A DNA stretch of 64,000 nt. It comes from Octopus vulgaris (Eukaryota). The stretch covers positions 6,076,001-6,140,000 of the forward strand of contig OX597837.1 of assembly GCA_951406725.2 (NCBI GenBank), written 5' to 3'. Below, in pieces: positions 1 through 14,562 of this stretch (position 1 is its first letter; every line of letters starts with the position of its first letter). Made by a program: the position numbers and the translations under genes. The notes beneath the pieces are model-generated. The model was not told where the DNA came from and did no database searches. It saw nothing but the letters and a program-made list of their open reading frames with translations.

Positions 1-84
1 GGTTGGTGCTTTTTACGTGCCACCGTCACAGAATCCAGTCAAGGCGGCGCTGCAATCGGCCACGTTTTTTTTTTTTACGTGCTG

Positions 85-149
85 AAAGGAAGCAACAGAA
101 AGCAACAACCACACACTTACCCGCGCGCAGAGCGGGTCACCTTCAGCTA

Positions 150-150
<1 letters not shown>
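85..150 (+). mobile_element. Helitron 3' terminus
   Basis: GC hairpin acccgc-gcgcaga-gcgggt (119-137) followed by CTAG|T at 147-151. Confidence 0.6.
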
Positions 151-223
<73 letters not shown>

Positions 224-301
224 TATATGTATATATATATGTATATATATATATATATATATCCATACATACATACACACACACACACAATATATATATA
301 T

Positions 302-332
<31 letters not shown>

Positions 333-341
333 AAAAAAAAA

Positions 342-388
<47 letters not shown>

Positions 389-394
<6 letters not shown>

Positions 395-612
395 CTGGTG
401 CATAATTATTGCGGCTATTCAACAAAAAGCAATAACATGCAACAAAAACATCGTTAAATGATTATTCCGGAGCATATTCACATATCTACTTCAGTTGCTG
501 CTTCCAGTTTGCTTGGCAGGCGGTCAGACAGTCATTTAAAGATATTTTGGTTAAATGATATTATTGTTCTTTTTAATAAAAAAGCCGCAATAATTATACA
601 CCAACCCGCTAT
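389..612. mobile_element. mariner-derived MITE in (TA)n
   Basis: Long imperfect inverted arms starting tattggctggtgcataattattgcggc and ending gccgcaataattatacaccaacc; resembles mariner (Hsmar1/MADE-type) TIRs; TA flanks. Confidence 0.75.
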
Positions 613-613
613 A

Positions 614-652
<39 letters not shown>

Positions 653-693
653 GGTTCGTGCATATATATATATGTGCATATATGTGCATATAG

Positions 694-732
<39 letters not shown>

Positions 733-859
733 TAAAAAATGAATAGAAATGACATTTTTCTAATAATTTAGCTAATTATTAAAGTGGGAAAATTATCACA
801 ATAACCATTTCTGATCATGTTTTCAAATATATAATGCCGTATCAGATTCTTTCATTCTG

Positions 860-927
<68 letters not shown>

Positions 928-1639
928 ACACACACTCACATATATACATGTAGTTAATTCATTTGCTTGACGATTTAAAAAAATTTAAGGTAAATCATGA
1001 AGGATATTTTTTTAAGATTCTTAGTGCAAAAATTTTCTCAGGTAAATGAAATTTTTGCATCTGAACTCTCCTTCATAAATAAGACTAATACAGCATATGT
1101 TTTTACTATGAGCAACGGCATATCGAGATATTGTGCCGAAACCTTATTATTTAAATGTATGTATTTATGCATGTGTGTAGATATGCGTGTGCGTATATAC
1201 ATGCACAGAAACCCCTGTACATATACACTCACATATATATATTATCATATATATGTATAATTATATATCTTATATATCATATAAAATATGTATATATATA
1301 AATTATATATAATTTAAAATATGCATATATAGATTTAAAATGTGTATATATAAATTATTTATCATACCAATATTATATGTTATATATATCACACATATAT
1401 ATATATCCTATATATCACAGATATGAATATATGTATGTATTTCTCTCACTTTCTCTGTCGCCCTTACTCTCTCCCTCTTTCTTTCTTTTTACATACATAC
1501 AAAAATATATACAAACATATATACATGTATACTATACGTGCGTAAAATAGAACAATGCATATTCTTGTATAGAATTAATTAACGCACCTATGTTGGTATG
1601 TAGGTAAGTAGGTACATCAGTACAAATATTTATACATAT

Positions 1640-1803
<164 letters not shown>

Positions 1804-1819
1804 ATATACATATATATAC

Positions 1820-1881
<62 letters not shown>

Positions 1882-2080
1882 GTATGAGTGCGTGTGTGTG
1901 TGCATATGTATGTATGCACACACACACACACACACACATACATGTATGTACGTAAATATATATAAATACATATTTATAGATTGAATGAGAAGAACTATTC
2001 GTATACTTTTATAGACTTAATTATAACACCTATATCTTTCTATATGAATATATGTGCATATGTGTATAATATATAAAATC

Positions 2081-2114
<34 letters not shown>

Positions 2115-2521
2115 ATATATATGTTTGTATATATGTGTATGTATGTATATAAGTGTATCTGTACATGTATATGTTTATGCTTATGTGTATTTGATTATAT
2201 TCGTATCAAGTATATAGCTACATAGATTTTTTTTTTACCATAGCAATCATATTTAATATTTGAAAACCATATATAGCTTCTATTTATTTATTGTATTATA
2301 TATGTATATTTTTTTTTTTACTCTTCAGGTAAAATTTAATCTGTGAATGTACAAGGTGTGAGCAAATATGGAAATAGACGCAAAAAAATTCGTTCCTTTT
2401 ACACACATACATAGCTGTGTGTGTGTGTGTATGTGTATGCGTGCTTGTCAGTGGGTGCATGTATGCCTGTATATATGTATATGTGTGTGTCTTACATGTA
2501 TATACATACATGTATATATAT

Positions 2522-2574
<53 letters not shown>

Positions 2575-2583
2575 TATACATAT

Positions 2584-2614
<31 letters not shown>

Positions 2615-2767
2615 AATACATATATATATATATATATATGCTTGAGGAGAGAGTGAGAGAGTGAGAAGGGAGTGAGACGGAGAATATATTAAATTTTAAA
2701 CATTTGCTAAACAAATTTAGTCATTTTTGTATTCAGAAATACTTTAATTTTATATATATACATACAT

Positions 2768-2800
<33 letters not shown>

Positions 2801-2882
2801 GAGATTTACATATAAATCTATGCAAGTATGACTATATGTATGTGCTTTTATATGTGGGCGTCTTTTCGTTATACGCACACAA

Positions 2883-2930
<48 letters not shown>

Positions 2931-2967
2931 GGACATTATATTCACATATTCTTACATATATATATGT

Positions 2968-3056
<89 letters not shown>

Positions 3057-3490
3057 ACATACATACATATATAATTTTAATACGAAAGACCAGTACAAAA
3101 TGGTCGGTAACACAAACTTACACAATCAATCAATCAATGAGTGCAATAGACACACACACACACACACACAAGCGTACATACATACACACAAACACGCTCA
3201 CTCACACACAGTCTTTTCCCTAAGCACACCAATACACATGGAAACCGTTATCAAATTGTACTAAATTATAACTATATTTTTTTCTGTACACACTTGCGTG
3301 AACTGTTCGAATATTCGCAGAAACGGTGGACAACTTACGGCGTTGGACAGATTATCAGCTGATGTTTTGTTGCCAATCTTCATGCCAAGGGTTCAAATCC
3401 CACAGGTATGAAATTAATTTCGTTTTTTTCCAGTTTTTTTTTTTCAATTCTCTGGGTCATAAAATCTTTTTCTGTGATTTCTTTATTAAA

Positions 3491-3726
3491 TATATTTCTT
3501 TATTGCCCACAAGGGGCTAAACATAGAGGGGACAAACAAGGACAGACATAGGTATAAAGTCGATTATATCGACCCCAGGGCGTAACTGGTACATATTTAA
3601 TCGACCCCGAAAGTATGAAAGGCAAAGTCGACCTCGGCGGAATTTGAACTCAGAACGTAGCGGCAGACAAAATACCGTTAAGCATTTCGCCCGGTGTGCT
3701 AACGTTTCTGCCAGCTAGCCGCCTTT
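3491..3726 (-). mobile_element. tRNA-derived SINE, family B, full length
   Basis: A-box/B-box head (ggcggctagctggcagaaacgttag...gagttcaaattcc), tail ...cccttgtgggcaataaagaaata; flanking direct repeat taaaatcttt(t/a)tctgtg. Confidence 0.85.
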
Positions 3727-3829
3727 AAAATCTTTATCTGTGTCGCATCATCAGTATCAAGGACTATAGTGAGAGCTGGTGACTAAAATTGAGCTTGTGA
3801 TGTCGCGGCTGTATTCCAGTGAACACGAA

Positions 3830-4005
3830 TTGACTTTATTTCCAAAATCATCGGCCTACGCACGAAGATCCGTCTCTGTAATAGTCTGCTATACCAGTGA
3901 GACATGGAAAGAGTTCCATGAAAACCAACAAGATGCTACATGTGTTCCACCAAAGATGCTTGAGTAGGATTCTTAGAATGTACTGGCAGCATCACATAAC
4001 CAATT
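3830..4005 (+). pseudogene. RTE-clade LINE reverse transcriptase C-terminal fragment (frameshifted)
   Basis: Translations CYTSETW and LHVFHQRCLSRILRMYWQHHITN match the RTE YGxETW...FHxRCLRxIL.I.W.D.ITN motifs. Confidence 0.8.
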
Positions 4006-4310
4006 CTTTTATTCTTTTAGTTGTTTCAGCCATTTTACCAAGGCCATGCTGGAGCGCCGCCTTGAAGGGTTTTAGCTGAAGAAATCGACCCCATGACTTT
4101 GTTACGGGGACGCAAATACACCAATAATGGTTGTCAGGCGGTGATGGGGGAACAAATACTGACACACATATATGTATATACGACGAGCTTCTTTCAGTTT
4201 CCGTCTACCAAATCTACTCGCAAGGCTTTGGTCGGCCCAAGGCTATAGAAGAAGACACTTGCCGAAGGTGTCACGCAGTGGGACTGAACCCAGAACCATG
4301 TGGCTGGAAG
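4005..4310 (-). mobile_element. SINE family A (tRNA head, CORE-like segment, internal microsatellite), diverged copy
   Basis: Homologous to the full copy at 16318-16715. Confidence 0.8.
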
Positions 4311-4419
4311 GCATTCTACAGAAAATCAACACGAGGCCAATTATCGAAATTATGATCGAACAAAGATTAAAACCGCTGCTGCTGCTGCTGCTGCTACTAC
4401 AACACTACCACTACTACTA

Positions 4420-4850
4420 CTAGTTTATGCAGACACTTAGAAATAGCGGCCAAATATTCCCAAAATTCCACACTAGGAACTCTAAAGCCGAAGGAGTCAT
4501 TCCATAATTAAATTGAGAAAAATAACCGATGGCATTGTCATTGATGGAACGACTTTTATTACAGGACTACTCGATTAAGCTAAAGATAGGCTAAGGCTAG
4601 ACTACACCAACAGCAACAATAGCGACGTAATCACGTTAGTGTGCTCATAGGTTATGGACATGCAAGAAATAGCAGTTAAAAATTCTTCAAATTCCACTCT
4701 GCTTTCTCAGACTGCGACGTATTGAATAACAGGGACTTGGCTTTCAAGCATGTAGAAAAAACGTCTGGATGGTCATGGGTGGGATGTTGTCTTTGATTAT
4801 ATGTCTGATCAGACAAAGATTATCTAAACTTAAGCAATATGAACAACGAT
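4420..4850 (+). repeat. Old dispersed repeat in two tandem ~230-bp units
   Basis: Recurring agaaatagc(a/g)g..aaa..tc..tcaaat motif with (AAC)n-like ends; related units at 30150-30620 and 52930-53070. Confidence 0.5.
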
Positions 4851-4939
4851 AGGAAACGAGGCCGCCACCACCACCACCACCACCAACACCATCACCAGCA
4901 ACATTACCAAAAATTTACAAAATATGCAGGTGTAAGAGG

Positions 4940-5125
4940 CTTCAGTTAAATAGCCTCATTAATATTCATGACGTCATTAAGTAATTAGAGAAGCGACGCT
5001 TGATGGGCCGTTTATTCAATAGAAATTTGCATATTTTCTATTTAATCCCTAATTATAATGGCGTAATTATGAATGTTGTTATGATAATCGGATATTATGA
5101 ACGCACAATTTCATATTAAGCATTT
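4940..5125. promoter_or_regulatory. Candidate cis-regulatory module
   Basis: Non-repetitive island with palindromic CRE ATGACGTCAT (4968-4977), octamer ATTTGCAT (5025-5032), TAATCC (5043-5048) and many TAAT/TAATTA sites. Confidence 0.35.
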
Positions 5126-5172
5126 GGAGGGAACGTTGTACAGAAACATATATTTGTACGTATATACGTGTT

Positions 5173-5219
<47 letters not shown>

Positions 5220-5304
5220 CATACGTATTAAACGGGTATATATTTTTGTCTTTTACTTGTTTCGGTAATTAGACAGCGGCCATGCTGGGGCACTGCCTAC
5301 ACAT

Positions 5305-5361
<57 letters not shown>

Positions 5362-5362
<1 letters not shown>

Positions 5363-5668
5363 GGAGGCGCAATGGCCCAGTGGTTAGGGCAGTGGACTCG
5401 CGGTCGTAGGATCGTGGTTTTCGATTCCCAGACCGGGTGTTGTGAGTGTTTATTGAGAGAAAACACCTAAAGCTCCACTAGGCTCCGGCAGGGGATGGTG
5501 TGAACCCTACTGTACTCTTTCGCCACAACTTTCTCTCACTCTTTCTTCTGTTGGCCTGCTCGCTTAACCAGCGGGGTGGCGTCATTTGAAGGCTAAAAGA
5601 ATGCGAAGCGCATTGTGACCAGCGATGTGTAGCAGCATCTGATAGCCTGGTCAGTCACGGTGATCACG

Positions 5669-5670
<2 letters not shown>
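5362..5670 (+). mobile_element. tRNA-derived SINE, family C
   Basis: Head ggcgcaatggcccagtggttagggcagtggactcgcgg...ttcgattccc (Pol III A and B boxes), GC-rich body, short tandem tail; inserted in (TA)n. Confidence 0.75.
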
Positions 5671-5736
<66 letters not shown>

Positions 5737-5782
5737 CATAGACATATATACACAAGAAAAAAGCAACAAGAATAGATTAGTT

Positions 5783-5874
5783 GTTCAGTACAATTGTTTC
5801 ATACGAAGAACAGCTTTATTAAAAGCTGCAAATATTGCAGCAAATACAAGCGTCCCGTATTCATCAGCCAAAAC
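5783..5874 (-). ncRNA. Type I hammerhead ribozyme motif (inverted twin of 6036-6128)
   Basis: Reverse complement reads CTGATGA-atacg...cgtat-GAAA-CAATTG-TA. Confidence 0.68.
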
Positions 5875-6035
5875 ACATATTTACCTAACAAGCTTTTTTT
5901 AAAACCTTTTATAAAAATGTGCATCATTAAAGAATTTTGAAGTCTGCTTACAATCTAACTTTTCTTTTTATAGAACTTTCTTCGATACTTCATGAGTATA
6001 GCTTTCACCCTAGGATGTTTGGAAAACTCATATGT

Positions 6036-6128
6036 GTTTTGGCTGATGAATACGGGACACTTGTATTTGTTGCAATATTTGCAGCTTTTAATAAAGCTGT
6101 TCTTCGTATGAAACAATTGTACTGAAAA
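6036..6128 (+). ncRNA. Type I hammerhead ribozyme motif (intact core)
   Basis: gttttgg-CTGATGA(6043-6049)-atacg...cgtat-GAAA-CAATTG-TA-ctgaaa; palindromic stem III; predicted cut after GUA at 6121. Confidence 0.7.
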
Positions 6129-6280
6129 ACTAATCCATTCTTGTTGCTTTTTTCTTGTTTATAATCACCCCACATTATTTTATGGTTAATACCATAAAGA
6201 TTTCTGGTACGTCTAAGTTAAGTCTGCATTCATGTGAATTCATTGGGACTCACTTGAATCTTAATTGTATATATATATAT

Positions 6281-6422
6281 GTAGCAGCTTCAGTGGCCTA
6301 GTAGGTAAGGTGCTAGAAGTAGTGGCAAAATAATGGTTGAGGTTTCAAACCTCTGCCAGGAAATCCAAATTAATGGCGGTGCCACAGCTCATAAGCTGAA
6401 ACTAGAATCAATCAATCAATCA
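6281..6422 (+). mobile_element. Short tRNA-headed SINE sharing the family A/CR1 3' tail
   Basis: gtggcctagtaggtaagg (A box), ggtttcaaacc (B box), then ggcggtg..ccacagct-cata-agctgaaac and an (AATC)n tail. Confidence 0.6.
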
Positions 6423-6517
6423 TATATATATATATATATATTTATTTATTTATTTACATATATATATATATAAACTTATATGTACATATGTAAATATATA
6501 TATATACATATATATAC

Positions 6518-6576
<59 letters not shown>

Positions 6577-7062
6577 TTATATATATATAAATGCTATATA
6601 TGTATATGTATCCTTTCTTTAAATTTCATATGGTTTTCTAAAATATTTTATGCAGTTCATTAAGATAAATTAAAAATTAATGCTGTTTAGAAATATATGC
6701 AATTGATTGCAGGATACACGTGCATGAGTATGTGTGTACGCGTGCGTTCGTGTGTGTATGTGTTTGTGTGTGTAAGTGTGTATGAGCGCGTATGAGCGCG
6801 CGCGCATGTTTGTATATATATATAGTATGTATACAACTATCTCAGTCTGTGTATATATACAGGGTGGCCACTAAAAGACTGAATGATATTAAACAAAAAT
6901 AACTTTTACAAACACGTTTTTTCTTTTTACTTTTCCATTGTTTTATTTGGATGGAGACATTTTAAAATCCAGTTTCAACATCTTCTGAAGTGATGTTCAA
7001 CAGGCGATTTAAGTATTTCTAAATTGAACTTTTCCCTGTAAGTTTGGAATGATATTCTCCCA

Positions 7063-7101
<39 letters not shown>

Positions 7102-7143
7102 GATTATTATATATATATATATATTATATATATATATATATAT

Positions 7144-7815
7144 TATATGTAGAAAAATACAAACTGGGACAAGAACGTAAAACATTTAGAAGACGATACA
7201 AAAAACACGGAGCCTTCAATCTTCAGTCAAGAACCGGATCATCCTCGCAATTTCGGCTGATTAATCTTGAGAATACTCCGATCCGGCCAGCCCCAAAGAA
7301 AAACTAAGCTACGAGCATTAGATTTCTTGGAAAAAGGATCGAATGTATACGAAACAAGGACAGAAAAACGGACGATGCCACACGAATATAAATACAAAAA
7401 ACAATAATAGTAATAACAAGACAAAAACAGCGGGTGTCTTACGACTTTAGACAGTTCAACTTTGCTTAGCTGGCGTATTTGGCAAAAAAATGCCTTTTTC
7501 AGCAGACGAAGAAAACGATGTTCTCGTGGCGGTGGTCAGAAGCCGAAAGGCTGGTTGACCAGCGGTCACGTGAGAGGAGAAGAGAGAGACAAAAGGGGGC
7601 AAAGGAATCAAAGAGAGAGAGAAAGAGAGGGACAAAGGCACCAAAGGGGAGATAAGAGAGAGAAAGAAGGAATTAAAGAGGGGAGAAGAAAGAGAGCGTG
7701 CCAAGGATTGGCTTGGCGACAGAATCAGTGAGATGCAAAGTGAGAAAGACAGAGAAATGTGAGAGAGTGGGAGAAGAGGAGACCAAAGAATCAGAGGCAA
7801 GAAAAGGAGGAGGGG

Positions 7816-7853
<38 letters not shown>

Positions 7854-8120
7854 CAGGTCAAAGTAGAGTGCAAAGTGTGAAAGGCAGAGAAATGTAGGAG
7901 AGAGAGACAGTGTTATAGAGTCGTACCAAATTTAAAGAAATATGTACTTACATACAAGACCAAAAAGGGTACGGGCATTGCTATATATATTATATGTAGA
8001 AAAATACAAACTGGGACAAGAGCGTAAAACATTTAGAAGACGATACAAAAAACACGGACGGGACATTCGCAGCCTTCAATCTTCAGTCAAGAACCGGATC
8101 ATCCTCGCAATTTCGGCTGA
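7144..8120 (-). mobile_element. Non-autonomous Penelope-like element with direct terminal repeats
   Basis: 7144-7260 repeated at 7990-8120; third copy at 40235-40500; GA-rich interior; (TA)n flanks; family assignment inferred from architecture. Confidence 0.55.
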
Positions 8121-8584
8121 TATGTATATATATATTTATATATATATGCATGTATGTATGTATGTGTCTGTATATGAAGGCATGTGTTTAATAATTATCA
8201 CATAGGAAAGGCGATAGAGATTTCGATGTTTTAACTTGATAATTTTCACCAAACCGATGAAGGCTACTAAGCCAAAACTTCGAGGTCACTATCAAAATTT
8301 TCCACGTAAAAATTAATACAAGATGTGCTCTACAAAAATGTGTTGAGTAATCCTTTAAATTAATATAAACCGCTTCACATAAAAACAAACACACATACAC
8401 ACTCACACACAAACATATGCATACACATAAATATATATATATATATACATACATATATGCATACATATTTTTATATGTGCATACATATTTATATATACAT
8501 ACATATGTGTATACATACACACATATAGATATAGATATACAAACATACAAACATGCATACATATACATACGTACACACATACAC

Positions 8585-8652
<68 letters not shown>

Positions 8653-8653
8653 T

Positions 8654-8730
<77 letters not shown>

Positions 8731-9102
8731 GTAGCATTGTATACAATATAATGACAAATTTAGATTTCTGCCTGGACAACAAGGAATCCTATTTAAGCCA
8801 ATTTTTCATGTTGAATTTAACATCAAACGGAATGATCATAGGTTAGAAATCTATTTGAAAATAAAATTCAAAAGATCGAAATATCCCAATAACTGGTATT
8901 AAAAAAAATTTACATCAACACATGAGGAATCTAATGCGCATGCGTGTATGAGTGCACGCGCGTGTGCGTGTGCATGTCTATGAATGTGTGTGTATGTATG
9001 TATCTATGTGTGTATGTATGCATGTGTAAAAATATACATGTATGTATATACACATATAAATGCGTGTATACATATATATATGTATATATATATATATGTA
9101 TA

Positions 9103-9153
<51 letters not shown>

Positions 9154-9353
9154 ACGTAGGCATACATATATATGTATATGTGCATAGATGCATATGTATA
9201 ATGTATATGTATGTATACCTGTATATATATTTATAACATACGTAGGCACACATATATATGTATATGTGCATATAGACATATGTAAAATGTATGTATATAT
9301 GCGTGCGTATATATATATATGTATATGTATGTATATGTATGTATGTATACATT

Positions 9354-9530
<177 letters not shown>

Positions 9531-10168
9531 TTATATGGGATGTTTTTTAAATGAAACAAATACATTTTTTGCAAGAGTTATTCTGTTAAATTTGTACATA
9601 TACGCAAATGTTTGTGAGTACTTGTGCGCGTATACATGTGTACGAGGCGCCTCATATCTATTTGGAACTTGTAGGTGTGTGTGTTTACATGTATATATAA
9701 AAATATTGATTTCTTTCTCGGTATTGATATCTATTTTTTGTGATTGTCTTGCATGTGTGTGTGCACGGTTGTGTATGTGTGTGTACGTGTGTGTATCTGT
9801 GAAAGCACACATTAATAAAAAGCGATATAACGCAAAATTGAAGGTAAAATTCCTTGTACCCCTCCAAAAAATATAGTAGAGGAAAAATGTCGAAACGAAA
9901 AGTGAAATGGAAAAAAAATACTGAAAAATAAAACGATGGAAAAAAATTATATTAAAAATGAAAACAACATTAGATAAAAATAAATTGAAAAAATAGTAAA
10001 CAAATTTACTTCTGATAAAATTTCTCTGGAAAACTTTATTTTGTTAAGAAATTTATATGGTATACGGTTAAGGCAAACAACATAGATTTAAAAAAAAAAT
10101 TATAGAATCACGTAAGTGAATATTTTCCTAACTTCTTTACCAAAAAAAGGGGAAAAAACTGTACTAGC

Positions 10169-10202
<34 letters not shown>

Positions 10203-10254
10203 GTAATAATAATAATAATGGCACGAGAATTGAATATGCTAATTATATTTGGTT

Positions 10255-10870
<616 letters not shown>

Positions 10871-10994
10871 CAGAATATTGAGAGCAATGCAAACAGGAAT
10901 TAAATAAAAACACCCAAAATACGTGGTTTGCACCGAGCAAAAGAAAGCAATGTTCCCCCCAATAATTTGGGGGAAACTAAGAAGTGTATGTATA

Positions 10995-11215
10995 TATTTC
11001 TTCAGCCATTCGTCACGACTAAGTCTGTTCATGGCTTTGGCATGACTTGAGAAGCTTTCTCCATACTGGTCAATTCCTCTCCTCTTCATATTCCTTATTG
11101 CAGTATCTTTGAATCTTAGTCTAGGTCCTCCCTGGTTTGTTTTCCTCTTGCATAGTCGGGAGTAAATACGTTGTCTGGGGCATCTGTTGTTGTCCATCCT
11201 GTGTACGTTGCCCTA
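10995..11215 (-). pseudogene. RTE LINE 3' end fragment
   Basis: RMDNNRCPRQRIYSRLCKRKTNQGGPRLRFKD matches the RTE RM.D.R.PK..LY.EL..GKR..G.P.LR.KD motif. Confidence 0.78.
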
Positions 11216-11444
11216 CCAATGTAAATTTCTATCCATGAGGATTTTCATCATAGGGGGTAGACTAGCACGTTGTTATACAATTGTTCCAGATTTGGAAGTT
11301 ATCATTTTCCGGATCGCAGCTGTCTATCACAAAATGAAAGCAAAATCATTACGAGGAGGAATTTTTGTTAAACAAACAAAAGCGAAGCATTACGATGATC
11401 AAAGTGGTAAGAACATCTGAAGTTTTAATGAGTTTTAATAAGTT

Positions 11445-11690
11445 AAGTTAATTTTTTGGTTCAAAAATCAAAAAGCAAGGCCATGTAGGGGGACATGGAG
11501 TTATGTACAGGGAGGGTGTTCATGCAAAGAGTTCAGACCATTTCTGGACCGAGCGGTCGTCGGCATCTTCACTATCTCGTCCGGCAACTTATTCCACGGA
11601 TCCGCAACCGGACGGAGAAAGCCCCTCTCCTTCGATTGAGCTGAAATCGTCGCAGATAGAGCTTTTCGGAGTGACCCCGCAGCCGACGCT
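11445..11690 (-). pseudogene. CR1-clade LINE 3' end
   Basis: LRGHSEKLYLRRFQLNRRRGAFSVR, then (frameshift) DPWNKLPDEIVK: the classic CR1 ORF2 C-terminus; 3' UTR with short tandem tail. Confidence 0.8.
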
Positions 11691-11699
11691 TAATGAATA

Positions 11700-11896
11700 A
11701 GCTCACGTGAAACAGTCGAACAGACATGAAAAACAAAAGATGCTCAGCGAAGATTTTTTGCGAGAAATTGCACATATCTGTCGTCATCAAACGGTCTACC
11801 TGCCCTGGAAGGAATGGTGTGACACTGAGTGAACGAAAATTTATATAAGACATTCTACTATAAAATTTTCCCGGCAACGATGGGCTTTTCAGCTAG
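11700..11896 (+). mobile_element. Helitron 3' end fragment
   Basis: cccg-gcaacga-tggg hairpin followed by cagCTAG|T (11893-11897); similar to the terminus at 43211-43238. Confidence 0.6.
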
Positions 11897-11944
11897 TATA
11901 CACACACATATACATATATATTTAAATATATATGTACATATATA

Positions 11945-11991
<47 letters not shown>

Positions 11992-12017
11992 CATATATAT
12001 GCACACAGACACACACA

Positions 12018-12065
<48 letters not shown>

Positions 12066-13568
12066 CATACATAAGTGTATGTATACATGAACACACGAAC
12101 ACACACACACACACATATATATATACCTACACACACATACAAAAACACATATACGCTCGTGCACACATATAACGTTTGCTGGTATGAAGTGAGGGGTCGG
12201 CATATAACATCTTAAGGTATATCTTTATTCTGTGGTAAAATTATACTCATAGCTTATTAAAGCAAATTTAATGTACAAATTTGTACTTTGGTTATTGAAT
12301 AGTAATTGAAACGGCTGTAAGAAATAAGGATTATCAAATTCGTTAATAATAAATAATTATAAACTTCCAACTCACAATTTTCTTTTCTTCATTTAACTGG
12401 ATACGAACTGTATCCTTAATATATAGCAACTGCTTTAAGGGAATTTCATTTCACAATAATACTTGGTATCGAACCAGTATTCTCTTGTATGTAACATTCG
12501 CTTTATGAGGATAATATATACTCTTTCTCTCTCTCTCTATATATATAAATATATGTGTGTGTATATATATATATATACATACACATATATATGTCTATAT
12601 CTATCTATATATATATAAATACATACATACATATATATATATATATTCATGTATTCATATATGCATATAAACATATATATACACACACAGATAGATAGAT
12701 ATGTATATGCATTTATTTATTCATATACACACATAAGTATAAGAATAAATTTCTATACACACAAGATTGAGACGAAAGTAGACACAAGTGATGTATATGA
12801 ATAAATAATATGTGTGTGTATGCATATATATATGTGTGTGTATGTATGCTAGTATGTATATATACATACACACACACACAGATATATTCATATACACATA
12901 CATGTATAAATATATATATATATGAGCATAAGACTATTCTGCTTTTGTTCACCTTTAAGTTAGTAAAGAAAGAAGTTTTCTATTTATTCTTTCTTACAAA
13001 AATATAACATCTTGCTTTCAAATAAAAGATAAAATATGGATAAAGAAGAAAAAAACTATGTGTGCCCGTGTGTTTGCATACACGTACACATATACACATG
13101 ATGTCTGTATGTAAGAATGAGCATGTGTATATATATTTATATATCTATATGCATGTATATATATATACATACGTACATATATGGATGTGGAGACATATAC
13201 ACAAACATACGCAAATATGTCTACTTATGTATATGAAAATATCAGGGAACACATGCATGTGTCTGTGTATATATACATATATATGCATAATATTGGCTTC
13301 TTATATCGTATATACTCTAGTTATATATATATGTATATATGCGCATGTGAGTGTGTCTGTGCGTGTTTGTGTGTGTATGTATATATATATGTATGTGTAT
13401 ATATATGCATGTATATGTAGATATATGCATATATATATATATATATACATATATTTAGACATATATATATGCATATATTTATATATATATATGTGTGTGT
13501 GTATACATGTATATATATATAAATATACATATATCTATATACATATATTTATATATATATATAAACAT

Positions 13569-13600
<32 letters not shown>

Positions 13601-13609
13601 TACATATCA

Positions 13610-13836
<227 letters not shown>

Positions 13837-14387
13837 TATGTGTGTGTGTATATGTATATATATATATGCATATATACAAGGACATCTGTTCACTTATTTC
13901 TGAAGAGTGACAATACTCATAATACATGTGTGCAGGTATTTTTATATTGTATATTCATATATATGTATATATATGTATATACATACCTAATTGCATAGAT
14001 CATATATATATATATACATATATGTGTAAGTGTGAGTATGTGTATATAGATATAAATGCACGCACATAGAGATATACATATATGTGCATGTAGTGTGTCT
14101 AAATATTTATATGCACATATATATATATATATATATGAACATACATATGTATATATGACATATATGTGACAGAATAGTGGGAAAAGAGAAAGTGACACAG
14201 GAGAGGGAGTAATACAGGACAAATGAAGAAAATGCCTCACTGTATATCTATCGGTGGATTGAACTATTTTTGTGAATGACAGCGAATTTATAATAAGCAT
14301 AAATGCATACTTGTGTGTGCCCGTGAGTATGCATATGTGCGTACATACATCTATGTATAAACATGGATGTGCATATCTATGTAGATC

Positions 14388-14444
<57 letters not shown>

Positions 14445-14526
14445 GTATGTATAACCATAGATAGATATTTTCAATCTATGATTGTTAATGTATGCACACA
14501 CACACATATATATATATATATACATT

Positions 14527-14562
<36 letters not shown>

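Larger units (their letters stand above)
5750..6270 (+). mobile_element. Penelope-like element terminal fragment with inverted partial pseudo-LTR
   Basis: ~130-bp inverted repeat (5754-5880 vs 6030-6158), each arm carrying a hammerhead motif; flanked by (TA)n. Confidence 0.7.

Noticed and set aside
5362-5435. Functional tRNA gene
   Set aside because: The tRNA-like head lacks a proper acceptor stem and continues into a SINE body; the same applies to the other SINE heads.
7205-7300. Hammerhead in the 7144/40235 element
   Set aside because: The minus strand has CTGAAGA plus a stem and a separate stem plus GAAA, but no complete, correctly ordered core.
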